Shown here one piece after another: positions 13,690-26,965 of a stretch of 64,000 bases of DNA. Each line of letters begins with the position of its first letter. The first letter of the stretch is position 1. The DNA is taken from positions 1 through 64,000 of the forward strand of contig NW_013547014.1 in assembly GCF_000711695.1 (NCBI RefSeq), given 5' to 3'. The notes beneath the pieces were generated by a model. That model made no database searches. It saw nothing but the letters and a program-made list of their open reading frames with translations, and was not told the DNA's origin. Both the position numbers and the translations under genes were made by a program. Source of the DNA: Tilletiaria anomala UBC 951 (lineage: Eukaryota).

Positions 13690-14432
13690 CTAGTCTTCGT
13701 CTGACGGCGGCCCATCGTCATCGTCGTCATCGTCTATCGCGGGAGGAAGCAAAGTGAGCCAAAGAAGAGAGGCGCGTAGGCGACTTCAAGCGTGAAGTAC
13801 TCACCGTTGGCAATATCTGCTGTGCTAATTGACGCTATCGCTTCGGCCTTCCGCAATGTATCTTTAAGTTGTTGGCCCAATGGCGTCGCTGCCGAGACGA
13901 TGTCCGCCGGCTTGTCACCTTCCTTGTTCACTTCTCTTGGATCTGCCCCAGCTTCTAGAAGTTGCTCCACTGGATGTGACGAGTGTGTATGTTTTAGCGA
14001 GAGACAAGCGCCGAGAGATAAGATCGTCGCAGACTCACCGATCCAATTGCGTGCTTCTTCATGCTCTACTTTTATTGCTTCGTGCAATGGTGTATTTCCC
14101 TCGAGACGGCTGTGCAAATCGACGTCTACCTCTTGCTCAAGCAATTCAGGGAGAACAGAGGTCGAAGCCGAGGACGCGGCATAATGCAGCGCCGTCATGC
14201 CCAGCCCGTCTTGGAAGTTGATGTCATAGCTACCCTCTGGGGCTGACAGGACCTCCTGCAGAAGCTCAATGTTGTCTGTGCGGGCTGCGAAGAGCAGACG
14301 TTGATCTAAAAGGGACAAGGGATTGCATGATGGTAGTCGCGTCGCACAAAGTATCAGTGACGTGTGCGTATGTGGAAGACCAATCGACGCTCCAGATGAC
14401 TCACTGTTGTTGGCCCCCTCTGTTTCCGCCAT
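13690..14432 (-). CDS. Small ankyrin-repeat protein (yeast YCR051W-like), spliced
   Basis: LLFAARTDN, DINFQDGLGMTALHYAA, EGNTPLHEAI, LLEAGADPREVNKEG. Introns 14380-14306, 14038-13970, 13804-13734. Acidic tail DDDDDDGPPSDED*. Confidence 0.88.
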
Positions 14433-14871
14433 CTTGGGGGCTTCTCTTTCGGCTCTGAACAGCTCTCTGCCGCGAAGAGCTGGTTATTACAAGGCCCACA
14501 GTGGTCAACTACAGCCTCGAGGTTAAAACAAGTCGGATCGAAGCGGTGTATCTACATGAGCGATGCGTTGGCGAGCTGAGTGGTTCGAAAGGCGTAGGAG
14601 GCACAGATAGAGAGGTGAGAGCGTGGAGACAGGCGCAGTGCCGCACAAATGAGCAGAGCCGAGGCGTCGCGTACACCGGAAACCAACGAAAGTGACACCG
14701 ACACGACCGTGAGGTCTTCGTTTCGATCTTCCAGGACTTCCAGGCTTCATGGGTATAGGTGCCGTCCATGATTATTGATTAACTGTCGGGCGAATATTCC
14801 TGGAACGACCGACTACTCACTCTCCGAAGTTCGCCGCCTCTCGTGGGATCCGTAAAACGTCGTGATCGGCA

Positions 14872-17800
14872 ATGAAAATGAGAAGTCCCCCACCAACAGG
14901 TGCGGTCGACTTTTCGGTCAACGCCATCGGGGCCGACATACGGATTGACGGTCGCAGATTCGTAGACTCGATTGGAAGAACCCTTATCCTGCACGGTCTC
15001 AATGTTAGCAGCATGAGCAAGCTGTTCGTTGTGGTGCGAGATGGGCTGAGTGGCTGAATAGTCACGGCTAACACGAGCTGGCTTTCATTCATTTATCCAG
15101 TCCAACGACTCCGAACGGCTTGTCACACTTGCCGGAGGGCTTCGTTTCAGATGATCGCACCGTGACCTTCATTGGCAGGCCATTTCCACTGGAAGAGGTG
15201 AGTCTGATTGACTGGTTTCAAATGAAGGCTGCTGTCCATGCGCATTTCTGATAAACACGGTCATTGCCACAGGCTCCGCTACGGTTGCGCCAGCTTAGGG
15301 CATGGGGATACCCGCTGATCCGTCTCATGGTCACATGGGAGAGTATTTCCCACAAGGGTCCACGAATCGAAGATATTGACCGAGAATACGTTGAATACTT
15401 GCGACAACTCATGCAGCTCATTGGCGACCACGGCATGAAAGCGTTCATCTGTGCCCATCAAGATGTCTGGAGTCGGTATACAGGAGGTAGTGGCGCCCCT
15501 GGCTGGGTGAGCCTATCGTCACGACTATTGTGAGGAATCGCAATTGACGAATTTCCTCTGCCTCTTCATAGACACTGGACGCCGTCGGTTTGAACCGCTT
15601 CAACTTTAAAGATTGCGGGGCAGCCTATATTCATAGTCTTGACAACTCTTCATCACCAAAGGAACCAAGTGGACCATTTCTTTGGCCTTCCGGCTACCAA
15701 AAGCTCGCTGCAGGAACGATGGCCACGCTATTCTGGGGAGGAGACGTTTTCGCTCCGAACACCAAATGCCAACTACCCGAAGAAGAGATCGCGGGGGGGC
15801 AATTTAAGGACCCTACCACACGCAGTGTTCAGCAGTTCTTGCAGAACGCATACATAGAGGCGTACGGCTACCTCGCGGACGTCGTAGGAAATATGGAGGG
15901 GTGTCTTGGCTTTGACGTGAGTTGCGTCTCGATTCTCAGATGTGCAATGAGTGCTCATGGGCGATCTCACTCGCAGCTCATGAACGAACCGCACAGAGGA
16001 TTCATCAATCTTCATTCATTCCACAAGTGGGACTGTAAGTTGAAGCGAGATGATGGGCTCCAAGAAATGAAATCTGAAACGGGCATGTCCAACAGATCAA
16101 ACCGATCTACATATTGGCCATTACCCATCCCTACTTCAGTCGCTCGCCCTCGGAAGTGGCCACGCTACCGACGTGCCCTTTTATGTGAAATCATGGCCGT
16201 GGCCCACATACAAGTCTCATACCAGTCACATCGATCCAAAGGGCAAGACGGTCTGGAAGAAGACCGACGAGAGCAAGGGTGACTGCATTTGGCGTTCGCA
16301 CGGCGTGTGGGACTGGGACGAGAAGAACAAGAAACCTGTGGTCCTGTGGGAGAACTACTTTTCCTCGGACAACCGACCGGGCAAAGGCGGGCGTCCAGTC
16401 GAGTGGTACCGTGACTTTTATGCGCCGTTCTGCAAGAAATTCAGTGAGCGGCTCCTGCGCAAGTGCCCAGGCAAGCTGATCCTGGTCGAACAGATCCCGA
16501 ACGAGTTCATGCCCGTCTGGCCAGACGCCGATGTTCTTTCCAACAAAAAAGACAGGGCCGAGCTAGAAGAAGCTGCGCGAAGGCAAAACTATGCAGTCAA
16601 GGGTCTGATCGACACAGAACGGCCGAAGAACTTTGTGTATGCACCCCACTTCTACGACCTCAACGTGCTTTTCGGCAAGGTTTGGCGCTCGTTTTCCGTA
16701 GATGTGCAAGGGCTCAGCCGGGTGCGTCATTGTAGTGTGCATCGTCTCATGCGGGTTGCCAGGCGTACAGCTGACTTTTCTCGATGCTTCGTTCACAGGG
16801 CATGTTCTTCATGAAAGCTCTCTACTGGGGCGAACAAGGCGCGCGACAGAAGTGAGCCGTGTTTCCACGTGATTGAATAACGGGAGACTGACGCTCGTCC
16901 CATGGCTTTGGCGCAGTTACCTGCATCAGCTGACCACGCAAGCCAAGTGGGGGCGCGTCTCGATGGGAGAGGTCCCGATGCTAGTTGGGGAGATCGGATT
17001 GCCTTTTGACATCAACGACGCGCATGCGTACCGTACTGGCGATTACCGCAAACACGCCGAACTGGTAGACGGCATGCTCTCCGCACTAGAGAAGAACTGG
17101 CAGAGCTTTACATGGTGGAACTTCAACCCCGACTGCATCTTTGAATATGGGTATGTGCTGGGTGACGATGCACTTGCCAGAGAAAAGCCGCAGGGACCGG
17201 AGCTGACGCGCGTGCAACCGCTTGCAATTTCGCTACAGCGACGGGTGGAATAAGGAAGATTTCAGCGTCATTGCGCTCGACCTGCCTTCGAGAGATAGAG
17301 CCAATGTGAAGGGCGACCACGATGAGCTGTATAGGGGTGGTCGCGTGCTGGAAGCGCTGATTGTGAGTACAAATGTATACTTTGGAGCCGAAACATTTCG
17401 TGATGGGGACCATGTTGATGCTCAAAATCGCTCTGCGCAGCGTCCTTATGCGGCCAAAGTAGCTGGACTGCCGGTTTCCACGCACTGGGACCGGCACAAC
17501 TGGGAGTTTACATTAGCTTGGAGCAACTCTTCGACTGTGCCGTTAGACAAGGCGGACAAGCTGTCGCGCATGACAGAGATCTTCTGGCCCACGTACCTGT
17601 TCGAGGGAGAAAGGCTCGAAGTGCAGCTCAGCGACGGGACGTGGCGTATTGATGAGAATGTGAGTTAGCACGGATGCAGCTGCCTTTGCGCTTTTCTTCT
17701 TTTACGGCATGGCCGCGCTGACGTTCGCTGCATGTTCTTCACAGGTGCAAACCCTGTACGTGGAGCACGCCGACGAGTCAATAGGGCGCGTGCATAAGCT

Positions 17801-17957
17801 ACGCGTCCGAGTGCCAGCACGCGCGCGCAGGGTACCCAAAAGCATGCAGATCGGGGAGCAGGACCGACTCGTGCTCGGTGCGGTTGCTTTTCTGTTCGTT
17901 GCGCTGCTCGTCGGGTTCGATGGCGCTGTGACGAGAGCGCTGCTCGCTCGTGCGTAA
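14872..17957 (+). CDS. Glycoside hydrolase family 5, endoglycoceramidase-related (EGCrP-type glucosylceramidase/sterylglucosidase), multi-exon
   Basis: DGRRFVDSIGRTLILHGLNV, IRLMVTWE, HQDVWSRYTGGSGAPGW, acid/base MNEPH, YAPHFYD, nucleophile VGEIGLPFD, WWNFNPD, DGWNKEDFS, RPYAAKVAG, and a C-terminal hydrophobic anchor. About ten GT-AG introns. Confidence 0.9.
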
Positions 17958-19169
17958 GCGATTACTCAGGCGCGGAAGAGGCCCTGCGCAAGCTATGCAC
18001 CGTGCCATTCGTGCGAGGATCGTGCTCGCGTCGCGTAATGCCCTGCTGAACCCATATTTGGTGGAAAGTGGCCCGTGTTGTTTGCCCAGGGAGCACGTTG
18101 ATGAGCTTTTAATAGAAATAGAACGAGGATCTCTCCTTTAACCTGATCCCTTCTCACGCGCAATAGAATGCGACCCTGCTTTTGATATGCTCCTCGAAGA
18201 TGCCAAGGGATGACATCTCTCTGCTGTCGTGGGTAGTGCGAGAATCGTCGGTCTCGGTGGCATAGGCCGACGAGGGCCATTTATGTATGTGGCAAGCCCC
18301 TTGTACGCACGAATCGGGTGCGCACCTCCCAGCCCAGCGGATCCTGGCATATTTATTAGTATCGCATGCAGCAGCAGGCAGTCACAATTGTGCGTATGCC
18401 TGATAAGCAGTTGGACATCGTGGCTGTGTGTAGGCGTTAGCAAGTTGGCATCTTGACTTCCCATGGCTGTCCATCCATCCATCCATCCGACGGCCGACAA
18501 GACAGCAAAGCTGGTTGACTCTGCCTGACTGCGCCACGCACACATGCTTGTGAGAGTATGCAACGAGTCTATATGTAGAACCTCGCCAAACCTCGTTCCT
18601 GGATTGTATTCCGCCCGCGCACAATGTTGGCGCTAGCGGGAGAAACCAAAAACATGGAGGAGCATGCATAAAAAAGAAAGCATGGAGCCTGCACATTTAC
18701 ACTTACTGCGGATGGAGCAGAGCTCGACGAAGGGACTCATGGATGCACAGATGCAATGCCGGCACGCTTCGGCCGAGTGCGGGGAACATGCTTCTTTTGG
18801 CAAGTGCCTGTCGGCGGAGCAGATTACATAATCTCTACACCCTCTGTTACCGCCGACCCTACGCCTGGGAGGACGGGTTGGCCGGAGCAGCCTGGGGCGC
18901 TTGCCGCTGGTTGCACCTTGCAAGCGTGTAGACAGACTCCTTATATAGGATCGTGACGTCCTACAACTCTCCGAGCCCAGCCCAGCCCGCACGCTCGTCC
19001 AGTCGTCACCAGCGAACACCCGCAACCCTGCAAGAAGAAGCCACTCCCAATCCTGGCATCGGACGGACGCCTGCACAAGATGATGTCCTCCTGGCTGCCG
19101 CTACCCCACATCTCCCCCCCCCCCCGCCAGCCACGCTGCGCATCCACCCGCGCCTAACGCCAACAGCCA

Positions 19170-21213
19170 GGCCGAGCACGTTGTCCTGTTCATGCAAGAA
19201 CACCATGCCTTCGGCCAATACGTTGGCAGTGCGTGCTGGCCGCACTACCTTCTTTCCACAGCAGTCGGGTGCATTTGCTGACATGTAGTCCTGCGCTCAG
19301 CCATGGTAGGGTTGCGCGGTTTCAAGGACCTTAACGTCGTCGTCTCCAACAAGTAGCACCAGGATGTGTTCCACCAGTCTGTCGCACTCGGTATCAAGCC
19401 CGCGCCACTTGCGGTGTGACGACGTTATTTCCGTTCTGGATCGAGCACGCCTTCAACGAAGCGACGCGGTGCATCCTCGCCAGGAGCAACGGCTGGCAGG
19501 CAAACCACATTGCGTATGGAACAAGGGTAGCATCGGCCACTGGGCGACTGCCAACACTGTGCAGCTTCGGCTGCTACAAGTGCCAGGGCATCCCGTTGCA
19601 CTTGGGCTTGGCCAAGGATTGAACCACCACGGACAGCTACGCTCAGAACGTCGTTGCTAGCACGAACCCCAACCGTGTCGTGAGCCAGCGCCTGTATTCA
19701 CGCAAAACGTCTCACGCACTCGCTTGCGGCACGGAACTTGGTGCTGCCCTTTCGTTTCTCCCTGCCGCAGGCGTGCCTCTCTTGTACTACACGGTATCAA
19801 CGGCAGCGTGGCCAGCGGCGTAAACTATATTGAAAGCATCGAGTCGCCCGGCTGTGAGCAGGGGGGCAGCGGGTAGCGAGTGCCCTGATACCCGCTCAAG
19901 CACAAGAACACCGGGGACCACCCTCACCTACGCCGGTATCAGCTACCAGGTCTACCAGGCTGTGGACAACGATGACGACAGCCTGGTCACCTGGTTCCAG
20001 CAGTTCCAACAGGCCGCTAACTCTTCGGCATTTAGCAAGGCTGGCACGTCCTTCGTCAGCCTCGACCACCTCGTAGCAGGCACCAAGCCCGGCACGCTAC
20101 CCGCCGTCAGCTACATCATCGGCCATACGGACCTGAGCGAGCACCCGCCATACGCCCTACCTGCCGGTGACTGGCTGCAGCAAAAGGTCGTCGCGGGCAT
20201 CGAATTGGAAAGAGTTGGGACAAGACAGCGCTCCTCATATCTTACGATGAGACCGGAGGCTGAGCCGACCGCGTGCTCTTCCGACCGCGCCGCAACGCGA
20301 ACAAGGCGACTGGCTCGCCACCGACTGTACGGCCGGGCAACCGGCGCCTCCCCTGCCAGCGCAGGCTTCCGTCTGCCGTTCATGGTCGTCTGCCTGTGGA
20401 CGCGCCCCAGCAACGTCCTCAGCGAATGGGTTTTGCGCGAATCGAAGCCCTCATCCTCGAGCAATGGGCCCCCCGTAAGGGGCTAGTCTACCACTGCGAC
20501 CGAGATGAACCCGTGGCGCCGGCGCGAGATGAGCGACCTCGTCAACATGTCTGACTTTGACAGCGAGGACACCAGCGTGTCGGATCTGCCTAACATCTGC
20601 GCACTGATGCAGGCCGCACAAGGTCAGTACACCGGCGCTGCCATGTGCGAGGCGGCACACCCGAACCCTATCGTCCGGTGCTGTACCGCCCGCAGACGGA
20701 GGCCACCACCCTCGCAACCGAGATTGGCTTCAAGCGAGAGAGGCGTCGAGCCGTGATTTCCACTTGCGTCGCCCCTCATGAGCTGACGCGATTTCCGCTC
20801 AACCTTGCACAGCGCTGCGCGGCAACTCAAGCGAGGCCCGCTACCTCACGTTCAAGAGCAACGACATGGCGCGGGCAACTACCGGCTCCAGCCTGATGCT
20901 CGCACCGGCGAGCGCAGACCACTCCGATTGGGTGCAACGTTTCAACCTGCACGCCGTTGGCCTGAACCCCTCCAACACCCTGTTCAACATCTAACCCGCC
21001 GGCGAGCCGAAAAGCTACGTGACGGACAGCGTGTGCATCATCGCGGAAAAGTCACGCGCGGCCATCTTTGACATTTGCTACACGCCCAATGGCGGCCGCG
21101 GCTACGCCTTCACCGTGCAGCAGAGTAACAAGGCCGTCGGAATCGACAAGACCACATCGCCACCGGCCCGCAGGACATGCGCGTCGACATCTTCTCTGTC
21201 CCTTTCCGCGTAA
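19170..21213 (+). pseudogene. Decayed non-haemolytic phospholipase C / phosphoesterase (PlcN-like) pseudogene; ends approximate
   Basis: EHVVLFMQEHHAFGQYVG (family motif HVVxxMQENRSFDHYFG), then a relic intron, then TMVGLRGFKDLNVVVSNK-TAG. Later ASTNPNR, GTLPAVSYII, LSEHPP, GFRLPFMVVCLWTR and MNPWRRREMSDLVN occur in changing frames with stops. Confidence 0.85.
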
Positions 21214-21362
21214 GGCCTCGTGCTGATGGTTCCGATGCATCGATGACCTTTAGGCGACAGACTCGGCATCGGAAATGATGCATGCAAGGTGTTCGTAGAT
21301 GCCTCCGCGGCAACGCAATGCGTACTGCGTACTCCCAGATGTGTCCGCTCCAAAATTGCAGA

Positions 21363-23029
21363 TTATTTCCTTGCTACATCGACTCTTGTGCTAGCCTCGA
21401 GCCAAAGGCTCTGCAGCTCGGCGATGCGGTTCTCCTCGTCCTGGAGGGCGAGCCCTTGCATGAGCCTCCCAAGCCCGTCGGACCACTCGCCGTCAAAGTC
21501 GCCTTCTATGATAGAATCAATACCGCTGAGTGACAGACCGAGACGATGATCTGTCACACGGTCTTGTGGAAAGTTGAACGTGCGCACCCGGTCGCTGCGC
21601 TCCATCGATGCGACTTGGTCCTTTCGCACCGCGCGATTGGCAGCCATCTCCTCGCGCAGCTTAGCGTCGAGAAGCCGCGCGCGCAAGATCGCCCATGCCT
21701 TTGTGCGGTTCTGGTGCTGCGACCGGCTATCCTGCATCGATACGGTGATCCCGCTCGGCAGATGCGTCAGGCGGATCGCGGATTCGGTTTTGTTGACGTG
21801 CTGCCCGCCTGCCCCGCGCGAACGCATGACTTCGGTCTTGACATCTTTGGGATCAACCACGTCATCGGCCTTCTGTTGCTCGCTGCCACCGTCGTCCGTA
21901 TCAGAGGGAAGGACGACGATGGCCATCGTGCTAGTCTGCAGTTTTCCAAGCGATTGCGTGGTTGGGATTCGCTGAACGCGATGCACACCAGCCTCCCATT
22001 TGAGCCTGTCATAGATTTCCGCATCCTCGCGTCCACCGCGAGCCGAGATCTGGATGATGGCTTCTTTCACGCCATCTCCTCCGCCGGTCGACGCATTCAC
22101 CTCCATGGGAATTAAGCTAAGCTCCTCAACTTCCCAGCCGACGTTTTCAGCAAATTTGCGATACATCCGCACCACCTGCGACGTGAACAGCCCAGATTCC
22201 TGACCGCCGACCCCTGGTCGGAATTCCATGATGACTGCCCTGGGCTTCGAAGTGCCGGCTGCATCTGCAAGGGAAGCAGATTTCGAAGAATCGGGCTCTT
22301 CGCCTGGTTTTGCGGAGAGGATCTGTTCGCGGGCCAGGCGCGCGAAAGACGAGTAATCCTTCAGCAGAGCGACACGAAAAGTGTCGCGCATTTCCTCCAT
22401 CTGCTCGAAAAGCATGACACATTCTTCTTCGGCTAATGCTCGCATGCTTTCGTCCTTCTCCGTTTCTTGCAAAGTCAAAGAAGATGCATACTCTCGGTGC
22501 AAGGCTGTGAAAACATCCCATTGGGCGGATATATCTTCAAGCATGCTCACGAGCCGCGATGCTTGTACCGAGATAGAGCTGCTACTTGCCTGCCGGAATA
22601 AACGAAACGTATTTCGTCAGGCCTGTCCAACCAAATCGAATAAAGTTAGACCACATAGCTTACTTGTTCCAACAGCGTTTTTCGAACTTGTACCATGCGT
22701 CGCATAGTGCCAACAACGACATCGTCGGAGAAAAGAGTCGGTTCTTTACAAGTGCCATCTTGGACATTTGCTTTTCCCTTTCCCTTGTCTTTGCGAGCGG
22801 ATGTTTGTAGTAGCCTGATCGGGGTGATGCAATCTGCAGTGATAGTGCCTTTTCTGCAGGACAGATTGAACGGCTTAGATGGCTTCCCAACGCTGAGAGG
22901 CGGAACAATATACCTCGAGCACGCAGAGCTGTCGAGAATCCGTCCCCTGGCAGGCCAAAAGCGACTAGAGCCCGCCACAGCACTTGCAGCCGTGGAAGCA
23001 GCCGCAGTTGCACTGCGGGTCACTTGCAT
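21363..23029 (-). CDS. MRF1: Mitochondrial peptide chain release factor 1, spliced
   Basis: EFRPGVGGQESGLF, LKWEAGVHRVQRIPTT, MRSRGAGGQHVNKTESAIRLTH, SRSQHQNR, RTFNFPQDRVTDHR. Arg/Ser/Ala-rich presequence-like N-terminus; one intron at about 22590-22660. Confidence 0.93.
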
Positions 23030-23493
23030 TCTCAGCAGCGCTCAGTAAGCTTCGTAGGAACACAGAGTTGAATTAGGCCTGGTCAACAGCCTCCCCCAGT
23101 CGGCACGAGCATAGAGTCACCCGCTTACAGTTTCAACGAGCATCTCCCTCGACCTCACGAGTTGGTACTTCGTATGGTGTGTCTTGTCTCGCAGACGCAA
23201 ACGCATTTCGCGAGACCGGCAAAACGCTCGGACCCTCCGAGGGGTTCAACCGGTACCTAGTTCCATCAACTGAGGACTAACTAGTAAGACACCAGTCCGC
23301 GTCACCTTCGGCCCTGCGAGCAACCAACACATCACTGCATCATCCTGCTGCTCCAGACTCGATGTACCTCTCATTGGGCATGGACCTATGACGCGTTGTA
23401 GACATCTTGTCCTTGACGTAGGTATAAGACCTCTCCAGAGGTCAACAGTGGGATTCGAACGACGCACGACAAAGCCTCCACGCATCGACAAAC

Positions 23494-24420
23494 ATGTCGC
23501 GCAGCTATGATCGTGCTCTGACAGTCTTCTCGCCCGATGGGCACCTATTCCAAGTCGACTATGCAAATGAAGCCGTGCGCAAGGGTACGTGCGCATTGGG
23601 CGTCAAGGGTAAAGATGTTGTCGTGCTGGGCGTAGAGAAGAAGAGCGTTCTGCAGCTTCAAGATGCAAGAACAATTCGCAAAACGGCCATGCTGGACGAT
23701 CACATCTGCCTTGCGTTCGCTGGTATGTTGCCAGATTTCACGTGAAGCTGGGACGACGGGGCTGACGTAGGCGCGTTCATCTTTGCTCAAGGACTCAACG
23801 CGGATGCGCGGATTTTGATTGACAAGGCGCGAGTGGAGTGTCAGTCTCATCGCCTGACGGTTGAAGACCCAGTGACCGTCGACTACATCACGAGGCACAT
23901 CGGCAGCATCAAGCAGCGCTACACCCAATCAGGTGGTGTGCGACCTTTCGGTATCTCGACGCTCATCATCGGCTTTGATGCGAACGAGGCAACGCCAAAG
24001 CTGTATCAGACCGAGCCGAGCGGCATCTACTATGCGTGGAAGGCTTGTGCTATCGGCCGATCCGCGAAGACCGTGCGGGAGTTCCTTGAGAAGAATTACA
24101 AGGACGGGATGAACAAAGACGACACGATCAAGCTTGCTATCAAATCTTTGCTCGAGGTAGTGCAGACTGGGGCAAAAAGTGAGTCTAATGGTCACGCGGC
24201 TTAGCTTGCGCTGCTGCCTAATGCAGAATTGGTTTCCATTCCAGACATTGAAATTGCTATCATGGAGGGCCACGGGCAAGTACGCAACCTAGAACTCTCA
24301 GAAATTGAAGCGGTCGTCAAAGAAATTGAGACGGAGAAGGAAGCAGAAGCTGAGCGCAGGCGGAATAGGCTAGCCGCGACCGCCGGCGCACAGGCAAGCA
24401 TGGCTGGCGTTGGGGCATGA
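23494..24420 (+). CDS. PRE6: 20S proteasome subunit alpha-4 (PSMA7), spliced
   Basis: [66 protein letters not shown]; two introns. Confidence 0.97.
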
Positions 24421-24552
24421 GCCGACAAACCAAGCTAAAGTAGGGCGATCGCAACCAGATGTAACTTCACAGAGCAGGTACTATTTTGCAAACAGAAAAA
24501 GTACAAAGCAGCTTGTCATGGGTGCCACTACCCCTGCGTTCGCTGCTGTCGC

Positions 24553-26554
24553 TTACGCGCGCTTTCCGATGTGATTGCCACGTTCGACGCTCTCCACCTT
24601 GAATGCAGCAATAGCGGCTTTGGGATCTTCTGGAAAGCGGATGAACAGGCCCTGCAGCTCTGCCATGCTCACGCCTCCTGAAGCAGCGGGATCCGGCCCG
24701 ATGGTTTGCCGCATCTGCTGAGATGCATCTTTGCTTGCATCGCGGTCACCTTTCGCGAGGCGTTGCCTGCCGGATGGATCAAGCCCAAGCACCGCTCGCC
24801 GCCGCTGAGACTCGCGGTCTACAAGTTCGGCTAACTGACCAGCGAGCTTGTCAATCTCCTCATCTGGTAATTGGCCCGATGCCTCGGGCGAGTCCGCTAT
24901 TGGGACTTCGCCAGTGCGTCTGTAGAATCGTGTGACCAGCCTTCGAACCTGCTCCGACTCCGCGTCGCCTAGCTCTACGATCACATCCGCTCTCCCTGGA
25001 CGAATGAGAGCCGGATCTAGTTGATCAGCGTGGTTGGTCGTCATGAACACGATCCTACTCTCTCCACTTGCCACGCCGTCAAGGGCGTTCAATAGGCCGG
25101 AAAATGTCACATTTGCCTGGTAGCCGTCTTCTGCCGCTGTTTGCCGGCCAGTGAATGCCGCGTCAATGTCTTCCAGTAGGATGATCGAGCGCTCCGGTGC
25201 GTTCGTCATCAGGTGTGTCAATCTGTCATCCGTCATTCCACGCTCGGAGAGGTTGAGCAAACAGATGTTGTAGTCGAGATAACCAGCGAGCGCCATGATG
25301 AATGAAGTCTTTCCTGAGCCAGGTGCTCCATGTAACAAATAGCCTCTTCGATATGGAATGCCTGTACGCGTACGAATTCAGTGAACTTGCCGCTCAAGAT
25401 TAGTATTCCGCAGTTTCGCTACCTACCTCGTTCAGCGTACCACTTTCCCCGCTCGAGGAAATGACGTATATCATGGACAAGCATCTCCTTGGTTCCCTTT
25501 GCTAGGACGACGCTGGAGAGCTCGCGAGGCCTTAGTGGCTTGCCAAAAGGCCTCCACTCGACACTCCAGCTGGTATACACTGTCGTCTTGCCCTGTGTCG
25601 CATTCATTGCAAGCTTACGAGCTTCATTCAATAGCTTCGGGAAGACCCAGGATGCACTTCGCAATGTGCTAAGTTTAACGGTTTCGAATGGCCTTCCGCT
25701 GTTCAAATCAGTCATTCTCTCAGCCCTCTCGCGTTGCATCTGAGCACATGAATCGTAAATATCAGCTATGCGTATGAAGCCTTAGAGTCGCGAGCTGTGT
25801 GGCGTACCCTCATCCAGGTCCCATGATACCGAAAGAAGTGCGTTCCAGGACCAGGGATTAGTGTGAATGTCGTCGCGCCGCCTCGATGGTCTTGCCCATA
25901 AACATTTTGCACAGCTGACGTTTCCACGGACAGCTCGTGACTGAAGATGCGGACGGGCTGCAAGGATGTCTCTTCCGAGAGCGCCAGTGGATTCTCCGCT
26001 CCTTCGACTTGTATGACCTTATCACTCCTTTTGGAGGCGTCCGCACTGCTAGCGTTGTATAGTGGCGGTCGAGTGATTCCGGCCAATTGCAGAACGCCCT
26101 CGCGCGGCAGTGGAGGCAGTAGGCCCACCTCGCGCAGAGAGGCCGCTTCCGCCTGCTTTCCCATCCAGTACAGGAACCATGGATATGCTCTGTCTTTGGA
26201 TGTGATCTCGAGGGAAACAAGCATGCGCCGTTGCACCCCCGCTGCCCCGACCGTGATGCTCTTTCTTGCGATTCCAAGGGCTGCGCCAAAGATCATCAGC
26301 CCAAACCCTGCTGAGAAATACGGATTCTCTGAGATGGACGCAGGTAGGAGTGCTGATATTGTGCTGCCATTTATGTCAGTGCATGGCTCTCCCACATTGC
26401 TCGAAGAAGGCCCTAGGCCTTTAGTTGTGCCTTTTGCGGATGTTCCACTCGATGTGGCTGAGCTGGGGTCGATCCTTGGCTCAACGCCTGGAGAAGCCTT
26501 GTCGAAGCCACCTGCCTGGCCACTGGCTGCTTGAGACGGGGCCATGCTCTGCAT
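24553..26554 (-). CDS. BCS1: Mitochondrial AAA chaperone Bcs1, spliced
   Basis: [51 protein letters not shown] (Walker A), LLEDID (Walker B), [21 protein letters not shown]. Confidence 0.96.
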
Positions 26555-26965
26555 GATGATGGCTATGCGTCAAGCACTTCGATTATCATTGGGTGACGCC
26601 AAGGTGTGCCCAGAGAAGCTTGAAGGATGAACGAATCAAGGATCAAGGTCATTCCCGAATCATGTGTTCGACCTGGCGATTTTTGATGCTGTCGATCAGG
26701 TACGCAATCAGACCCCAGTCTTTCCATTAGGCGATCAGGCTGCAGGCGGCTGGCCGATTCGGTGCAAATCGAATGCGTCTAAAAGGCAAGTGATGGCCAA
26801 CTAGTGGCGGGGTTTCTCGAACGACCAGCATGTAGCTTGGAAGCCATGGCATCGCAAGAGGCTAAGAATACAGAAAGACCGGCAAGCTCCAAGGCGCAAA
26901 TCGAACGTGGGAACGCGTCCGTGCAGCCAAAGTATGTCATTGAATGGCTGCGAGGACCCACGCTT

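Noticed and set aside
18468..18488. (TCCA)n microsatellite, and similarly the C/G homopolymers at about 19113-19125 and 59941-59950
   Set aside because: Short simple repeats with no spacer structure; not CRISPR-like.
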